Part shown: piece by piece, positions 46,912 to 55,871 of the stretch | Layout of the letters: each line of letters starts with the position of its first letter | Numbering within the stretch: position 1 is the stretch's first letter | Source: an uncultured Acidobacteriota bacterium | Lineage (GTDB): Bacteria; Acidobacteriota; Vicinamibacteria; Fen-336 | Assembly (NCBI GenBank): GCA_963720545.1 | Contig: OY970399.1 | Span: forward strand, 3,264,001 to 3,328,000 | Reading direction: 5' to 3' | DNA: 64,000 bases | Position numbers and translations under genes: made by a program | The notes under the pieces: generated by a model | Told to the model about the DNA's origin: nothing | What the model saw: the letters and a program-made list of their open reading frames with translations, nothing else | Database searches by the model: none

Positions 46912-49812
46912 TTAGAAACTGATCTTGGCGCCTGCCTGCAGCTGGCGCTGCTGGTAGCCGGCGGTGCCCGGGAAGTTGAGGGGGTTGACCGGGTTGCCGA
47001 GCGGGTTCACCACCACCGTGCGGTTCACCGCGGCGACGTTCTTGGTGTTGAGGATGTTCTTGCCCTCGATGAACAGCTCGAAGCGAGTGTGCTCGTTGAC
47101 GTTCACGAAGCGCGAGTAGCGGGCGTCCACGTTCCACACGCGGCCGAGGCGGCCGCCGTTGCGCTCGATGCCCAGCGGCCGGTCATTCAGGACGCCGTCG
47201 CCGTTGAGGTCGGTGTTCGCGAGGATGTTGAACGGCAGCCCGCTGTTCGCCTGCAGGATGAAGCCCAGCTGGTTGTTGTCGAGGATGCGGTTCACCAGCC
47301 CGCCACCGCTGACGCGCGGCGCCAGCACGCTCGACAGCACGAACGTGTGCGTCTGGTTGAAGGGCACGACGCCGCGGTCGCGGTCGATGTTCGACGGGTC
47401 GGAGAGCCGGTCGTCGCCGCTGCCGACCGCGTAGGTGCCGGTGAGCGGGGCGTTGTCGGTGCCCTTCGCGTACGTGTAGACCGCCTGCATCTGTACGCCG
47501 TGGCTCATGCGCTTGTTGAGCGTGGCGGTCAGCGCGTTGTAGTTGGCGCGGCCGATGGAGCGGAACGTGTCGACGTGGTTGAAGGTCGGATCGACGCGGG
47601 TGGCCGCGGACACGGTGCCCGAATAGAGCGGCCGGCCGTCGCCGAGCGTGGGGCCGGTGGGCACCAGGTTGGTGTCGATCAGCACCGGCAGGTTGCGGCC
47701 CAGCGAGTTGACGTAGCCGATGGCGAACGACAGATCGTCGCTGAGCGCGCGTTCCAGCTGGATGTTGGTGAGCACGCTCCACTGCGTCTTGAAGTTGGAG
47801 TCGATGGCGACGATGCTCTGCACCGGCCGCGCGAACCCGGGCGGCAGCGACGACAGGTCGCCGGGGAACCCGGGAGCGCCGGCGGCCGTGGGGCTGAGGC
47901 TCACCGCGAGGAAGCGCGGGTCGCCGTTGCGCTGGATCGCATCTTCATAGAAATTCAGCAGCGGCGGCTCGTACATGATGCCGCTCGAGCCGCGCAGCAC
48001 CGTCTTGCCGGCCCGGTCGAGGGTCCAGGCGAAGCCCGCGCGCGGCGCGAAGTTGCTCTTGTCGACCGTGAACTTCTGCGAGCGCGGGTTGGCGGCGAAC
48101 GGGCGTGAATCGGGAATGTCGAACAGGTCGTAGCGCACGCCGAAGAGCAGCTTGAAGTTGGGTGTGAAGCGGATGTCGTCCTGCAGGAAGAAGCCCATGA
48201 AGCGCGAGTTGTAGTCGACCGCCGGGTCGCCGACGTCCTGGGTGAAGGTGGTGTAGCCGAGCGGGTTGCTGCCGTTCTTCGCGGCGAGATAGGCTGCGAC
48301 GTTGGCGAACGTGTAGATCTCGCGCAGCGTATTGAGGCGCTCGTCGTCGATCATCTGCACGTCGAAGCCGGCCTTGAAGCTGTGCGCTCCGGCGATCCAC
48401 GAGAAGTTGTCGACCACCTGGAAGATCTTCTGGTTGAAATCGAAGCCGGCCGACTGGCTGCCGTCGAGCGGCTGGCCGAAGGCGGCGATGCCGCTCACCA
48501 GCACCGCCGGCCCAGAGGTGGGCGCCGACTCGCTGAGCGTGCGGAACTGGTGGCGCTTCGCGTACTGCACGCGCAGCTCGTTGAGGCGGGTGCCGCCGAA
48601 CGACGACACCAGCTGCAGTGAAGCCGAGCCCATCTGGTCGTTGAAGTCGGTGGCGCGCTCGGCGGTGTTGATGCCGCCGCCGATGTTGAAGGGCGAGGTG
48701 TTCTTGAAGAAGTAGTAGCGCGCGCTGAGCCGGTGCTCGGGCGACAGCTCGGCGTCGATCTTGCCAAGTGCGAAGTGCACGTTCTGCTTGGTCGGGATGA
48801 CGCCGCCGTCGGGAATGGCGGCGGCCGACAGCCCCAGAATCGAGGCGTTCTGCACCGCCGAAGACTGGATCACCTTGCTCGCGTCGCGCAGGTCCTGGTC
48901 CACGTACTCGTAGCCGACGTAGAAGTGCACCCGGTCCTTGACGAGCGGTCCGCCGAGGGTGGCGGTGTAGTCCTTGAGGTTGTTGTCGGGCTTGGGCGCC
49001 GCCGGGTTCAGGAAGAACGGCCGCTCGGTCATGCCCGCGGTGCGCTTGCGATAGCCGAGCGAGCCGCGGAAGTTGTTGGTGCCGGACGGCGTGATGGCGT
49101 TGAACACCATGCCGGTCGTCTGGCCGAACTCCGGCGCGAAGCCGCTGGTGATGACCTTGACTTCCTGCACCATGATCTCGGATGAGGGCACGAGCCGCAG
49201 GCCGGCGCGGTCCTTCTGCGTGTTGGTGTTGCCGTCGATCTGGTAGTTGGTGTGCATCTGCGAACCGTTGGCGTTGACGCGCGCCACGCCGAACTCCTGG
49301 TTCTCGTAGCCGGTGACGTTCGCCTGCAGGAACGCGAAGTTGTACGGGTTGCGCGAGACCAGCGGCAGGTTCTTGACCTCGGCGTTGCTGATGGTGCGGC
49401 CGAGGTCGATCTTGCCGGGGTCGGCGATCGGCACGTCGCTGGTCACCGAAACCACTTCCTCGACGCCGCCCACCTCGAGCGTCACGTTGATGACCGCGGT
49501 GCGGCCCGCCACCAGAGTGATGCCGGTGCGTTCGGCCGACTTGAAGCCGGTGAGTTCCGCCTTTACGCGGTAGCTGCCGAGCGGCAGCAGCTGGAAGCGG
49601 TAGAGGCCGTCGGCGGCGGTGCGCGTCTCGCTCACGAGGCCGGTATCGAGGTTCGTCGCGGTCACCGCGACTCCGGGCACGGCGCCGCCCTGGCCGTCTT
49701 CGATGGTGCCTTCGATCGAGCCGTTGATCGCGTTCGATTGGGCAAGGGCCGCGGCGGGGAGCGCGAGTGCAACTGCAACGGCGAGCGCGAGAACAAAGCG
49801 GCGGACCAACAT
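46912..49812 (-). CDS. TonB-dependent receptor with carboxypeptidase-regulatory-like N-domain (Oar-like)
   Basis: Signal peptide, GSIEGTIED..G..VPG, LPLVSRN, NYQIDG, FAPEFG, SGTN, FFLQDD, GVRYD, NFAPRAGFAW, C-terminal Phe. Confidence 0.92.
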   Translation of the reverse strand: MLVRRFVLALAVAVALALPAAALAQSNAINGSIEGTIEDGQGGAVPGVAVTATNLDTGLVSETRTAADGLYRFQLLPLGSYRVKAELTGFKSAERTGITLVAGRTAVINVTLEVGGVEEVVSVTSDVPIADPGKIDLGRTISNAEVKNLPLVSRNPYNFAFLQANVTGYENQEFGVARVNANGSQMHTNYQIDGNTNTQKDRAGLRLVPSSEIMVQEVKVITSGFAPEFGQTTGMVFNAITPSGTNNFRGSLGYRKRTAGMTERPFFLNPAAPKPDNNLKDYTATLGGPLVKDRVHFYVGYEYVDQDLRDASKVIQSSAVQNASILGLSAAAIPDGGVIPTKQNVHFALGKIDAELSPEHRLSARYYFFKNTSPFNIGGGINTAERATDFNDQMGSASLQLVSSFGGTRLNELRVQYAKRHQFRTLSESAPTSGPAVLVSGIAAFGQPLDGSQSAGFDFNQKIFQVVDNFSWIAGAHSFKAGFDVQMIDDERLNTLREIYTFANVAAYLAAKNGSNPLGYTTFTQDVGDPAVDYNSRFMGFFLQDDIRFTPNFKLLFGVRYDLFDIPDSRPFAANPRSQKFTVDKSNFAPRAGFAWTLDRAGKTVLRGSSGIMYEPPLLNFYEDAIQRNGDPRFLAVSLSPTAAGAPGFPGDLSSLPPGFARPVQSIVAIDSNFKTQWSVLTNIQLERALSDDLSFAIGYVNSLGRNLPVLIDTNLVPTGPTLGDGRPLYSGTVSAATRVDPTFNHVDTFRSIGRANYNALTATLNKRMSHGVQMQAVYTYAKGTDNAPLTGTYAVGSGDDRLSDPSNIDRDRGVVPFNQTHTFVLSSVLAPRVSGGGLVNRILDNNQLGFILQANSGLPFNILANTDLNGDGVLNDRPLGIERNGGRLGRVWNVDARYSRFVNVNEHTRFELFIEGKNILNTKNVAAVNRTVVVNPLGNPVNPLNFPGTAGYQQRQLQAGAKISF

Positions 49813-49908
49813 GAGGAGGGCCTCCTAAAGGAAGACTTTCGAGTATAGCCAAGGTACGATCCTGCGTCTTTTTCGTTTCACGAAAACGCAAGGAAGGGAT
49901 CCCGAAAA

Positions 49909-51687
49909 ATGAATGCACTGGTGCTCTTGCTCGCTGCCGCGCTTCCGATGTTCCAGGCGCCCAAGGCGGCGGCTGCGCCCGCGGCGGGCGACAAGGCCGC
50001 GAAGCTGAAGGCGCTTTACGAACAGTTCTGGGAAGAGACGCTGCAGCTCAACCCGGTGCAGGCGACCTTCCAGGGCGACCCGCGCTACAACGACCAGTTG
50101 CCGAACTTCCTTTCGGCCGCCGACCGCGACAAGAACCTCGACTTCACGAAGCGCTGGCTGAAGACGGTGCAGGACGTCGGCAGCGCCGGGCTCAAGGGCC
50201 AGGACCTGCTGAGCTACGAGATCTTCGTGCACGACGCGGAGAGCGCAATCGAAGGCAGCAAGTTCCGCACGTGGATGCTGCCCATCCACCAGATGGGAAG
50301 CTTCGCGAGCCTGTTCGTGCAGCTCGGTTCCGGCACCGGCGCGCAGCCGTTTGCGACCGTGAAGGACTACGACAACTGGCTGGCGCGCACAGCGAAGATG
50401 CCCGAGATCTTCGACACCGCGGCCGCCAACATGCGCGAGGGCATGAAGGCGGGCGTGGTGCAGCCGAAGGTGCTGATGACCAAGGTGGCGGGGCAGTTGA
50501 GCGCCATCATCAAGGACAAGCCGGAAGACACGCTCTTCTGGGGCCCGATCAGGAAACTGCCGGCGAGCTTCTCCGACGCCGACAAGACCCGGCTCACGGC
50601 CGCCTTCCAGAAGACGATCGCCGAGGGGCTGATGCCGGCGTGGACGCGGCTGCGCGATTTCATCCAGAACGAATACCTGCCGGCATGCCGCGACACCATC
50701 GCGCTCACAGCGCTGCCCGACGGCGAAGCCTGGTACGCGTACAACGTGCGCACCTCGACCACCACCGACCGCACGCCCGCGCAGATCCACCAGATCGGCC
50801 TCGACGAAGTGGCGCGCATCCACGCCGAGATGCAGAAGGTGATGACGCAGGTCGGCTTCAAGGGCACGCTGCAGGAATTCTTCAAGTTCATGACCACGGA
50901 CAAGCAGTTCGGCTTCGCTTCGGAGGATGCGCTGCTCGCGTACTACCGCGCGCTCGAGGCGAAGATCAACGCGAAGATCCCGGGCCAGTTCGCGCTCATC
51001 CCGAAGTCGCCGTTCGAGATCCGCCCGGTCGAGCCGTTTCGCGCCCAGGCGGCGGCTGCCGGCCAGTACTTCCCGCCGAGCGAAGACATGACGCGCCCCG
51101 GCATCTTCTACGTCAACACCTACGACCTGCCGACGCGCAAGACCTGGTTCGCCGAAGCGCTCTACCTGCACGAGGCGATCCCCGGCCATCACTTCCAGAT
51201 CGCGCTGCAGCAGGAACTCACCGACATGCCGAAGTTCCGCCGCTTCGGCGGCGAGACCGCGTTCGCCGAAGGCTGGGGGCTGTACGCCGAGGGCCTCGGC
51301 AAGGACCTGGGCGTGTACACCGATCCCTACAACTACTTCGGCCGCCTGCAAAACGAGATCTGGCGCGCGATCCGCCTCGTGGTCGACACCGGCATCCACA
51401 CCAAGGGCTGGACCCGCGAGCAGGTCATCAAGTACATGATGGACAACTCCGCCGAGAGCGAAACGCAGTCGACCGCCGAGGCGGAGCGCTACGTCGCCAT
51501 GCCGGCACAGGCCCTCGCCTACAAGAGCGGCGAGCTCGCGATCCTGGCGGTGCGCCGCCGCGCCGAGCAGGCGCTCGGCGCAAAGTTCGACGTCCGCGAG
51601 TTCCACGCCGAGGTGCTGCGCGACGGCGCGCTGCCGCTGAGCGTCCTCGACGCCAAGATGGACCGCTGGATCGCCGCGAAGAAGTAG
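49909..51687 (+). CDS. DUF885 family secreted protein (metallopeptidase-like)
   Basis: IHQIGLDEV, RPGIFYVN, LHEAIPGHHFQ, FAEGWGLYAE, RAIRLVVDTGIH, ERY..P.QALAY, FDVREFH. Confidence 0.92.
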   Translation: MNALVLLLAAALPMFQAPKAAAAPAAGDKAAKLKALYEQFWEETLQLNPVQATFQGDPRYNDQLPNFLSAADRDKNLDFTKRWLKTVQDVGSAGLKGQDLLSYEIFVHDAESAIEGSKFRTWMLPIHQMGSFASLFVQLGSGTGAQPFATVKDYDNWLARTAKMPEIFDTAAANMREGMKAGVVQPKVLMTKVAGQLSAIIKDKPEDTLFWGPIRKLPASFSDADKTRLTAAFQKTIAEGLMPAWTRLRDFIQNEYLPACRDTIALTALPDGEAWYAYNVRTSTTTDRTPAQIHQIGLDEVARIHAEMQKVMTQVGFKGTLQEFFKFMTTDKQFGFASEDALLAYYRALEAKINAKIPGQFALIPKSPFEIRPVEPFRAQAAAAGQYFPPSEDMTRPGIFYVNTYDLPTRKTWFAEALYLHEAIPGHHFQIALQQELTDMPKFRRFGGETAFAEGWGLYAEGLGKDLGVYTDPYNYFGRLQNEIWRAIRLVVDTGIHTKGWTREQVIKYMMDNSAESETQSTAEAERYVAMPAQALAYKSGELAILAVRRRAEQALGAKFDVREFHAEVLRDGALPLSVLDAKMDRWIAAKK

Positions 51688-51700
51688 TCCTGAGAGCTCC

Positions 51701-51800
51701 TTGCGCTTGCGCTCGTCATCGACGGATTGGCTGTTCGTTGCGTCCGGACGCAGTCGATTGCCGATTGGTCCGATTCAGTCGCTCCCCAAGCAGTCGCGTG
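51701..51800. repeat. Degenerate copy of the palindromic repeat family (inverted relative to 30061-30182)
   Basis: 51714-51731 CGTCATCGACGGATTGGC is an 18/18 match to rc of the 30 kb unit; looser similarity continues on both sides (GCGCTTGCG before; GTCGATT.CCG.T..GTCCG..TCCCCA after); lies between convergent genes. Confidence 0.7.
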
Positions 51801-51823
51801 GCCGGGGAGGCTTTTGGTGGTGT

Positions 51824-52621
51824 CTAGCAGTACTTGACTGCTGGACAGCTGAAACCGAACGGCCCGCGACCCTCGCCGGCCGCTATTATTGGTTCAGCAG
51901 GGCGGTGAGGGTCGGCCAGGTGGACGGGCTCGCGCAGCACGAAGCCTTCGCCGTAGCGGACGCCGATCGTCTGGCCGTGGCGGCGGGCGGCGAGTTCCAC
52001 GGCTTCGCGGAACGAGTCGAAGGGCAGAGGCACCGCATCGCCGCCCGCAGGCTTCTGGAACTGGCTCGCGAACGCGAGCATCGCCTCGATCTTGCGGTCG
52101 AACTCGGCGCTGATGTCGATGACGACGTCGGCCGGGCGCTCGGCGGCCTCGGTCATGGTGAGCGCGTACGCGATCCTTGACGGGCGGAAGGCGTCGCCCA
52201 GGTCCGGCCGGTAGTTGCGCAGGCCCGCCATGAAGCACGCGTCGTAGACGAGGCGGCTCGCGGCCGCGTGGTCGGGATGGCGCTGCTCCCAGTGCTGCGT
52301 GATGACGAGGCGCGGGCGCAGGCGCCGCACTGCCGCGACGATGAGGTCGCGCTGAGCGGTGCCCGGTTCGAGTTGCGCGTCGGGTAGACCCAGCGACTCG
52401 CGATGCGCCACGCCCAGGAGGCGCGCCGCCGCCTGCGCCTCGGCTTCGCGAAGCTGCGGCGTGCCGCGGCTGCCTGCCTCGCCGCGCGTCAGGTCCACGA
52501 TGGCGATGCGCCGGCCGCGGGCCGCCTCTTTGATGAGCGTGCCGCCCATGACCAGCTCGGCGTCGTCGGGATGGGCGCAGAGGCCGGCGATGTCGTAACC
52601 GGTCCCGGCCGGCGCGGTCAT
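51824..52621 (-). CDS. bshB1: N-acetylglucosaminyl-L-malate deacetylase (bacillithiol biosynthesis); probable 1-nt frameshift near the 3' end (true stop about 51886)
   Basis: AHPDDAEL, DLTRGEAGSRGT, RHPDH, GVRYGEGF; same operon as bshA and bshC. Confidence 0.9.
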   Translation of the reverse strand: MTAPAGTGYDIAGLCAHPDDAELVMGGTLIKEAARGRRIAIVDLTRGEAGSRGTPQLREAEAQAAARLLGVAHRESLGLPDAQLEPGTAQRDLIVAAVRRLRPRLVITQHWEQRHPDHAAASRLVYDACFMAGLRNYRPDLGDAFRPSRIAYALTMTEAAERPADVVIDISAEFDRKIEAMLAFASQFQKPAGGDAVPLPFDSFREAVELAARRHGQTIGVRYGEGFVLREPVHLADPHRPAEPIIAAGEGRGPFGFSCPAVKYC

Positions 52622-52630
52622 CGGCGTGTC

Positions 52631-52984
52631 CTAGCCGGCACGCGTGCCGTCGGGCACCGCGGCCTCGGGCTGCGCGAGCACCGGCGTCACGCCGTCCTCG
52701 TAGCCGATGTCGAACAGCATGCCGTCTGAGAGCATGCCCGCCATCCTGCGCGGCTCCAGGTTGACGACGAACAGCGCCTGCCGTCCCACCAGCTCCTGCG
52801 GGTCGGCGCGCTCACCCTTCATGCCGGAGAGGATGGTGCGTTCGTGGTCGCCGAACGAGACCACCAGCTTGAGCAGCTTGTTCGAACCAGCCACGTCGTC
52901 GATGCGGCGGATGGTGCCGACGCGGACGTCGAGCTGGTCGAGCACCGCCTTCGCAACCACCGGCTTGATGGGCGCCGGAGTCAT
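52631..52984 (-). CDS. tRNA-binding OB-fold protein (CsaA/Trbp111 family)
   Basis: LDVRVGTI, KLLKL, RTILSG, FVVNLEPRRMAGMLSDGM; TGATG overlap with bshA. Confidence 0.88.
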   Translation of the reverse strand: MTPAPIKPVVAKAVLDQLDVRVGTIRRIDDVAGSNKLLKLVVSFGDHERTILSGMKGERADPQELVGRQALFVVNLEPRRMAGMLSDGMLFDIGYEDGVTPVLAQPEAAVPDGTRAG

Positions 52985-54105
52985 CAGCCGAGGATCCGTT
53001 CGTAGTACTTCTCGTACTGCGTGACGATGCGCTCGGCGCCGAACAGCGACTCGGCGCGGCGCCTGCCGGCGGCACCAAGTGCCGCGCGCCGCACGTCGTC
53101 CTTCAGGATCTCGACGGTGCGCGCCGCCATCCCCTCGATGTCGCCGACCGGCAGCAGGAAGCCGGTCTCGGTGTGCTGCACCACCTCCGGCAGACCGCCG
53201 GCGTCGGAACCGACGACTGGCACGCCGCACGCCATCGCCTCGAGCGCCGACAGGCCGAACGACTCAAGCTCGGACGGCAGCAGCAGCACCTGCGCCATGC
53301 CCGCGATCTCCTCGATGCTTTCCTGCGTGCCGAGGAAGTGCACCTTGGACGCGATGTTGAGGCGGCGGGCGAGCGCCTGCGCGGAGGAGCGCTCGGGACC
53401 CTCGCCGACCATCAGCAGCACCGACGGTACCTCGCGCGCCACCCGCTCGAAGATGCGCACCACGTCGAGCACCCGCTTCACCGGCCGGAAGTTCGAGATG
53501 TGCAGGAGGATCTTCTCGCCGGCGGGGGCGAACGCCACGGCGTTGTTGTAGGCGCGCGACGGACAGTAGGTGGTGAGGTCGATGAAGTTGGGGATCACCT
53601 CGATCGGCCGCTGCACGTCGAACTCGTCGCGCGTCATCTTGCGCAGGAACTCCGAGACCGCGGTGACGCCGTGCGACTTCTCGATGCCGAAGCGCGTGAT
53701 CTCGAAGAACGAGCGATCCTGGCCGACCAGCGTGATGTCGGTGCCATGCAGCGTCGTGATCAATTTCGGCTTCTCCGGGCTGCCGAGCATCTGCCGCGCG
53801 GTCAGCCCGGCGATCGCGTGCGGGATCGCGTAGTGCACGTGCAGGATGTCGAGCTGGTGTTCGCGCGACACCTCGGCCATCTTCGCGGCGAGCGCCAGCT
53901 CGTGCGGCGGAAAGTCGAAGAGCACGTACGAAGAGACGTCCACCGGATGGAAGGCGATGTTCTGCTGGTAGTCGCCGAGGCGGAACGGCAGGCGGTAAGA
54001 AATGAAGTGCACCTGGTGGCCGCGCCGCGCGAGCTGCTTGCCGAGCTCGGTCGCAACCGCGCCCGAGCCGCCCACGGTCGGGTAGCAGGTGATGCCGATG
54101 TTCAC
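52984..54105 (-). CDS. bshA: N-acetyl-alpha-D-glucosaminyl L-malate synthase
   Basis: IGITCYPTVGGSGAVATELG, HVHYAIPHA, TTLHGTDITLVG, HISNFRPVKR, ESFGLSALEAM; GTGA overlap with bshC. Confidence 0.96.
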   Translation of the reverse strand: MNIGITCYPTVGGSGAVATELGKQLARRGHQVHFISYRLPFRLGDYQQNIAFHPVDVSSYVLFDFPPHELALAAKMAEVSREHQLDILHVHYAIPHAIAGLTARQMLGSPEKPKLITTLHGTDITLVGQDRSFFEITRFGIEKSHGVTAVSEFLRKMTRDEFDVQRPIEVIPNFIDLTTYCPSRAYNNAVAFAPAGEKILLHISNFRPVKRVLDVVRIFERVAREVPSVLLMVGEGPERSSAQALARRLNIASKVHFLGTQESIEEIAGMAQVLLLPSELESFGLSALEAMACGVPVVGSDAGGLPEVVQHTETGFLLPVGDIEGMAARTVEILKDDVRRAALGAAGRRRAESLFGAERIVTQYEKYYERILG

Positions 54106-55742
54106 AGGCTCAGCACCTGGTGGCCGTGCGCCCACGGATCCATCCGCCGCGCCACCTCGGCGAGCGCACCGGTGCCGTGGCGCGCCACCATGCCGATGAG
54201 TCCGAGGCCGCGCTCCTGCAGCACCCCGCCGGGAAACAGCTGGTCGCGCGTGCGGCGCAGGCGGTCGGCGCGCGCCTGGTCCTTCTTCTTGAGCGCGCGC
54301 GTCGCCTTCTCGTGCAACACGCCGAGCGGGTGCAGCGCGCGGCCCAGCGCGGAGTCGGTGGCGGCGCGCAGCGTCGGGTCGAGGGCGGCGAGCGTCTCCT
54401 CGACCTTCTTCATCTCGCGGCTGAGGGCATCGCGTGCGCCCGAGAACGCGGCTTCCACTTCGGGGTAGCTTTCCTCGGTCCAGCGGCCGAACAGCGTCTC
54501 GAGGTCGCCCTGCAGGTCGGTGACGCGCAGCCCCTCGTTCTCCAGCGTGCGGCTGGCCGCCGATTCGACCAGCGTGAAACTCGGCCGCGGGATGAGTGCC
54601 GGGCGCTCGATGCCGAAGTGCGCATACGACGGGCCGATCTGCGCGTGGTAGGCGATTTCCGCCGGGCCGCCGATGTAGGCGATCGTCGGCAGCATGAAGT
54701 CCTGCGCCAGCGGCCGCAGCAGCGCGCCGGGGCTCCACGCGGCCGGCTCGCGCTCGAGGCGCGCCAGTGCTTCGTTCATTTCCAGGCGCCGGCCGATGCC
54801 GCGCACTTCGACATGACCGTTCTGCGAGCCCAGCGCGCGGCGCGCGCCGTCCTCGAACAGGAACAGGTTGAGGAAGCCGTCGCGCACCGGTACCTGCTGG
54901 TGATAACCGGCGGCCTTCAACTTCGCGGTCGTCTCGATCGCGAGCCGCGAGCTGGGCGAGCCTTCGGCGAGCTCGCGCCGCAGCACCGGCACCATCAGCG
55001 GCTTGAGCGCCGGGTCGGACGGATCGAGGACCACCATGCCGGGGAACAGCGACGTCATGAGGCGCGCGAATGCGGTGGACATCGAGGTGCCCGGCGCGTA
55101 GGCCACGCGCAGCTTCTCCAGCCACTCGTCGCGATGCACCGAGGGCGGCAGAGCGTCGCGCAGTTCGCCGAGCGCGGCGCCGATGTTGTCGTCGAGGACG
55201 ATGCGCGATGCCGGCAGCCCCGCCGGCTCGCGCCGCGGCGAATAGCGCACCGAGCGGATCTGGCCGGCTTCGTCGAGCACGCTGACGGTGCGGATCTCGG
55301 CGAAGTCGTGATCGTCGGACGCGATCCAGAACACCGGAATCACCGCGCGCCCGGACTTCGCCGCCACCGCCTGCGCCACTTTCTGCGCCGCGAGCGCCTT
55401 GTAGGCGACGTACAGCGGCCCGCCGAAGAGGCCGGCCTGCTGCCCGGTTGCCACCACCGCTGCGCCGGGTTCGGCGAGACGCCCCGCGAGTTCGGCGCTT
55501 GCCGCCGAGCCGCCGAACGCAAGCTGCTGCCGGCGCAGCACCTCGGCCACCTGCTGGTAAACGGCGGCGCTCTCGGGTGTGCGCTGTCTTACGGCGCGTG
55601 CCGCGAGGTCGTCGAGATCGTACTTGCCGCCGCCCAGGAAGCCGCCGGCTGCGCCGGTGCCGCCGAGGTAGTCGAGAAACAGGCGCGTGGGAGCCTGACG
55701 AAAGGCCCCGTACGCGATGAGCGTGTCGTTGTCGGCGGGCAT
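54102..55742 (-). CDS. bshC: Bacillithiol biosynthesis cysteine-adding enzyme
   Basis: TGQQAGLFGGPLY..YK, PVFWIASDDHDFAEI, SPGALLRPL.QD..LPT.AYIGGPAEIAY..Q, LQER. Confidence 0.95.
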   Translation of the reverse strand: MPADNDTLIAYGAFRQAPTRLFLDYLGGTGAAGGFLGGGKYDLDDLAARAVRQRTPESAAVYQQVAEVLRRQQLAFGGSAASAELAGRLAEPGAAVVATGQQAGLFGGPLYVAYKALAAQKVAQAVAAKSGRAVIPVFWIASDDHDFAEIRTVSVLDEAGQIRSVRYSPRREPAGLPASRIVLDDNIGAALGELRDALPPSVHRDEWLEKLRVAYAPGTSMSTAFARLMTSLFPGMVVLDPSDPALKPLMVPVLRRELAEGSPSSRLAIETTAKLKAAGYHQQVPVRDGFLNLFLFEDGARRALGSQNGHVEVRGIGRRLEMNEALARLEREPAAWSPGALLRPLAQDFMLPTIAYIGGPAEIAYHAQIGPSYAHFGIERPALIPRPSFTLVESAASRTLENEGLRVTDLQGDLETLFGRWTEESYPEVEAAFSGARDALSREMKKVEETLAALDPTLRAATDSALGRALHPLGVLHEKATRALKKKDQARADRLRRTRDQLFPGGVLQERGLGLIGMVARHGTGALAEVARRMDPWAHGHQVLSL

Positions 55743-55871
55743 TAGTGATCTGGATCGCTCGCGACCATTGTATGCGAGCCCCGGTGGATGCTAGATTCCA
55801 TTCACCTTAGTGAAAACCCTCTTCGCCCGAAAACCCGAGGTCTCTCCGGTCCCTGGCGAGTTCCCAGGTCG

